Virus record (IMG/VR): IMGVR_UViG_3300017649_000186
Location: 1-44,807 of that record
From: a virus
Taxonomy: Duplodnaviria; Caudoviricetes
Reading direction: 5' to 3' (one strand)
DNA length: 44,807 bases
Shown here: positions 43,564 to 44,807 of the stretch, in pieces
How positions within the stretch are numbered: the stretch's first letter is position 1
Layout of the letters: each line of letters opens with the position of its first letter
Position numbers and translations under genes: made by a program
Notes under the pieces: generated by a model
The model's database searches: none
What the model was told of the DNA's origin: nothing
The model's input: the letters and a program-made list of their open reading frames with translations, nothing else

Positions 43564-44807
43564 ACGCTCCGGGTTTGAAACGAAGACCCAACAAGGATGG
43601 AACAGTGCGCCACTATTGGGTGGCGTCAGCTGTCTCGAAGAACGCAAAGGACTATCCGCAAAAGACGGTGCCGGTATTCGGCAGCGATGAAGAAATCGCC
43701 CACCGCTGCCGGGTTCTTTCGAGCGAATTGAAACTCTGGCTTTCGAATCGTGGTCTGGGCGCCAAGCCGCTCTATGACGGCTCGCTGAAATCGCTCATCA
43801 AGGTGTACCGTGAAACGGAAGAAAGCCCGTACCACAACATCAAGCACAACACGCGTGAGATGTACGACGAAAGCCTCGACTTGCTGATCGAAACTGTCGG
43901 CACCCGGCAGCTTTCACGACTGTCTGGCCTAGACTTTCAGCGGTGGTATAACAAGCTGAAGGAACCGGCAGCCCATACCGAAAAGGAAATTCAGCTTGCG
44001 AAGAACGCCGGTACGAAGCTGGAGCCTAAGCCCGAGCGCGTGCGACGGGCATACAAGGCAATGCAGATGCTTCGCATCGTCGTCAAGTTCGGCATCGTTG
44101 CCAACGTGACCGAATGCGCCCGGCTGGCCGTTGTTCTGGAGCAAATGCGGTTCCACGTTCCCCCGGCGCGCACGGAACGCATCACGTTCCAACAGGTCGA
44201 AGCAATTTGCGCCAAGGCCATCGAACAGGGCAGGCTCTCGATCGCTCTCGCTCAGGCTTTGCAATTCGAGCTCACATTGCGTCAGGTTGACGTCATTGGA
44301 CTGTGGGAGCCTTTGGCAGACCAAGACGAAGGGCAGGGGATTGTTTCAGGTCGCAGAAGATGGACCGGCGGCCTTGCCTGGAGCCACATCGACGCCAATG
44401 GCATTCTGTCAAAGGTTACGACAAAAACCGGACAGGTCGCCGAGCACGATACGACTGCGTATCCGTTCCTCCGCTCGATTCTGGATCACGTTCCGCAAGA
44501 AAAGAGGATTGGCCCGATGATCGTCGACGAATCGACTGGCCTACCATATCGCGACCGGCAGCGGTTCGCGCGCGTCTGGAGATCGATTGCCAACGAATGC
44601 GGCGTGCCACGTGACGTTTGGAATCGCGACAGCCGTGCGGGCGGTGTGACTGAAGGCTCCGACGCGGGCGCGAACATTGAGCATCTTCGCCATCATGCGA
44701 ACCATGCGAACATTGCAACGACTGCCAGATATAACCGCAATACGATTGAAAAAACGCGCACGGTTGCGGAACTGCGCGTGGCTCATAGAACGCCGAAGAA
44801 CGTTTGA
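43554..44807 (+). CDS. int: Tyrosine recombinase (integrase)
   Basis: Catalytic R (TLRQ), RDSR, NH and Y (TTARY) residues; follows xis at the prophage end. Confidence 0.88.
   Translation: MELNAPGLKRRPNKDGTVRHYWVASAVSKNAKDYPQKTVPVFGSDEEIAHRCRVLSSELKLWLSNRGLGAKPLYDGSLKSLIKVYRETEESPYHNIKHNTREMYDESLDLLIETVGTRQLSRLSGLDFQRWYNKLKEPAAHTEKEIQLAKNAGTKLEPKPERVRRAYKAMQMLRIVVKFGIVANVTECARLAVVLEQMRFHVPPARTERITFQQVEAICAKAIEQGRLSIALAQALQFELTLRQVDVIGLWEPLADQDEGQGIVSGRRRWTGGLAWSHIDANGILSKVTTKTGQVAEHDTTAYPFLRSILDHVPQEKRIGPMIVDESTGLPYRDRQRFARVWRSIANECGVPRDVWNRDSRAGGVTEGSDAGANIEHLRHHANHANIATTARYNRNTIEKTRTVAELRVAHRTPKNV

Larger units (their letters stand above)
1162..44807. mobile_element. Temperate podovirus-type prophage (BPP-1/epsilon15-like structural module), integrated at tRNA-Arg
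   Basis: att fragment plus lysis, tailspike, tail tube, capsid, portal, terminase, cI/cro, replication, recombination, xis and int genes in lambdoid order; the right att lies beyond the window. Confidence 0.93.

Overview
The window holds one host gene (DUF2189-type membrane protein, 1-810) and then an apparently intact ~43.6 kb temperate podovirus-type prophage of an alphaproteobacterium (Rhizobiales, probably Brucella/Ochrobactrum-like; the taxonomy is inferred). The left junction is a 3' fragment of tRNA-Arg(ACG) at 1162-1209. The other att site should lie just beyond the integrase that ends the window. Modules from left to right: lysis (GH108 endolysin, overlapping spanins, holin-like gene); an AT-rich gtr-type surface glycosylation cassette; tailspike; ejection proteins (one with a DdrB-like ParB domain, one with transglycosylase plus M15 peptidase domains); tail tube, capsid, scaffold, portal and terminase genes; a divergent accessory cassette; a ~420 nt highly structured non-coding locus containing tRNA-Thr(UGU); replication and early-right genes (including GcrA, GapR, an MTase and RusA homologs); the cro/cI switch with operators; recombination genes; two HNH endonucleases; a nin-like region; xis and int. 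The most notable unannotated signals are (1) the tRNA-containing structured ncRNA, GOLLD-like in context; (2) an exact 11-mer CTGTGCTTTGC found six times upstream of late genes with sigma70 spacing, a candidate phage late regulon; (3) a LexA box controlling an antisense Zn-ribbon gene; (4) cuckoo-like anti-SD hairpins inside the recombinase gene. All family calls come from motif recognition, not database searches.
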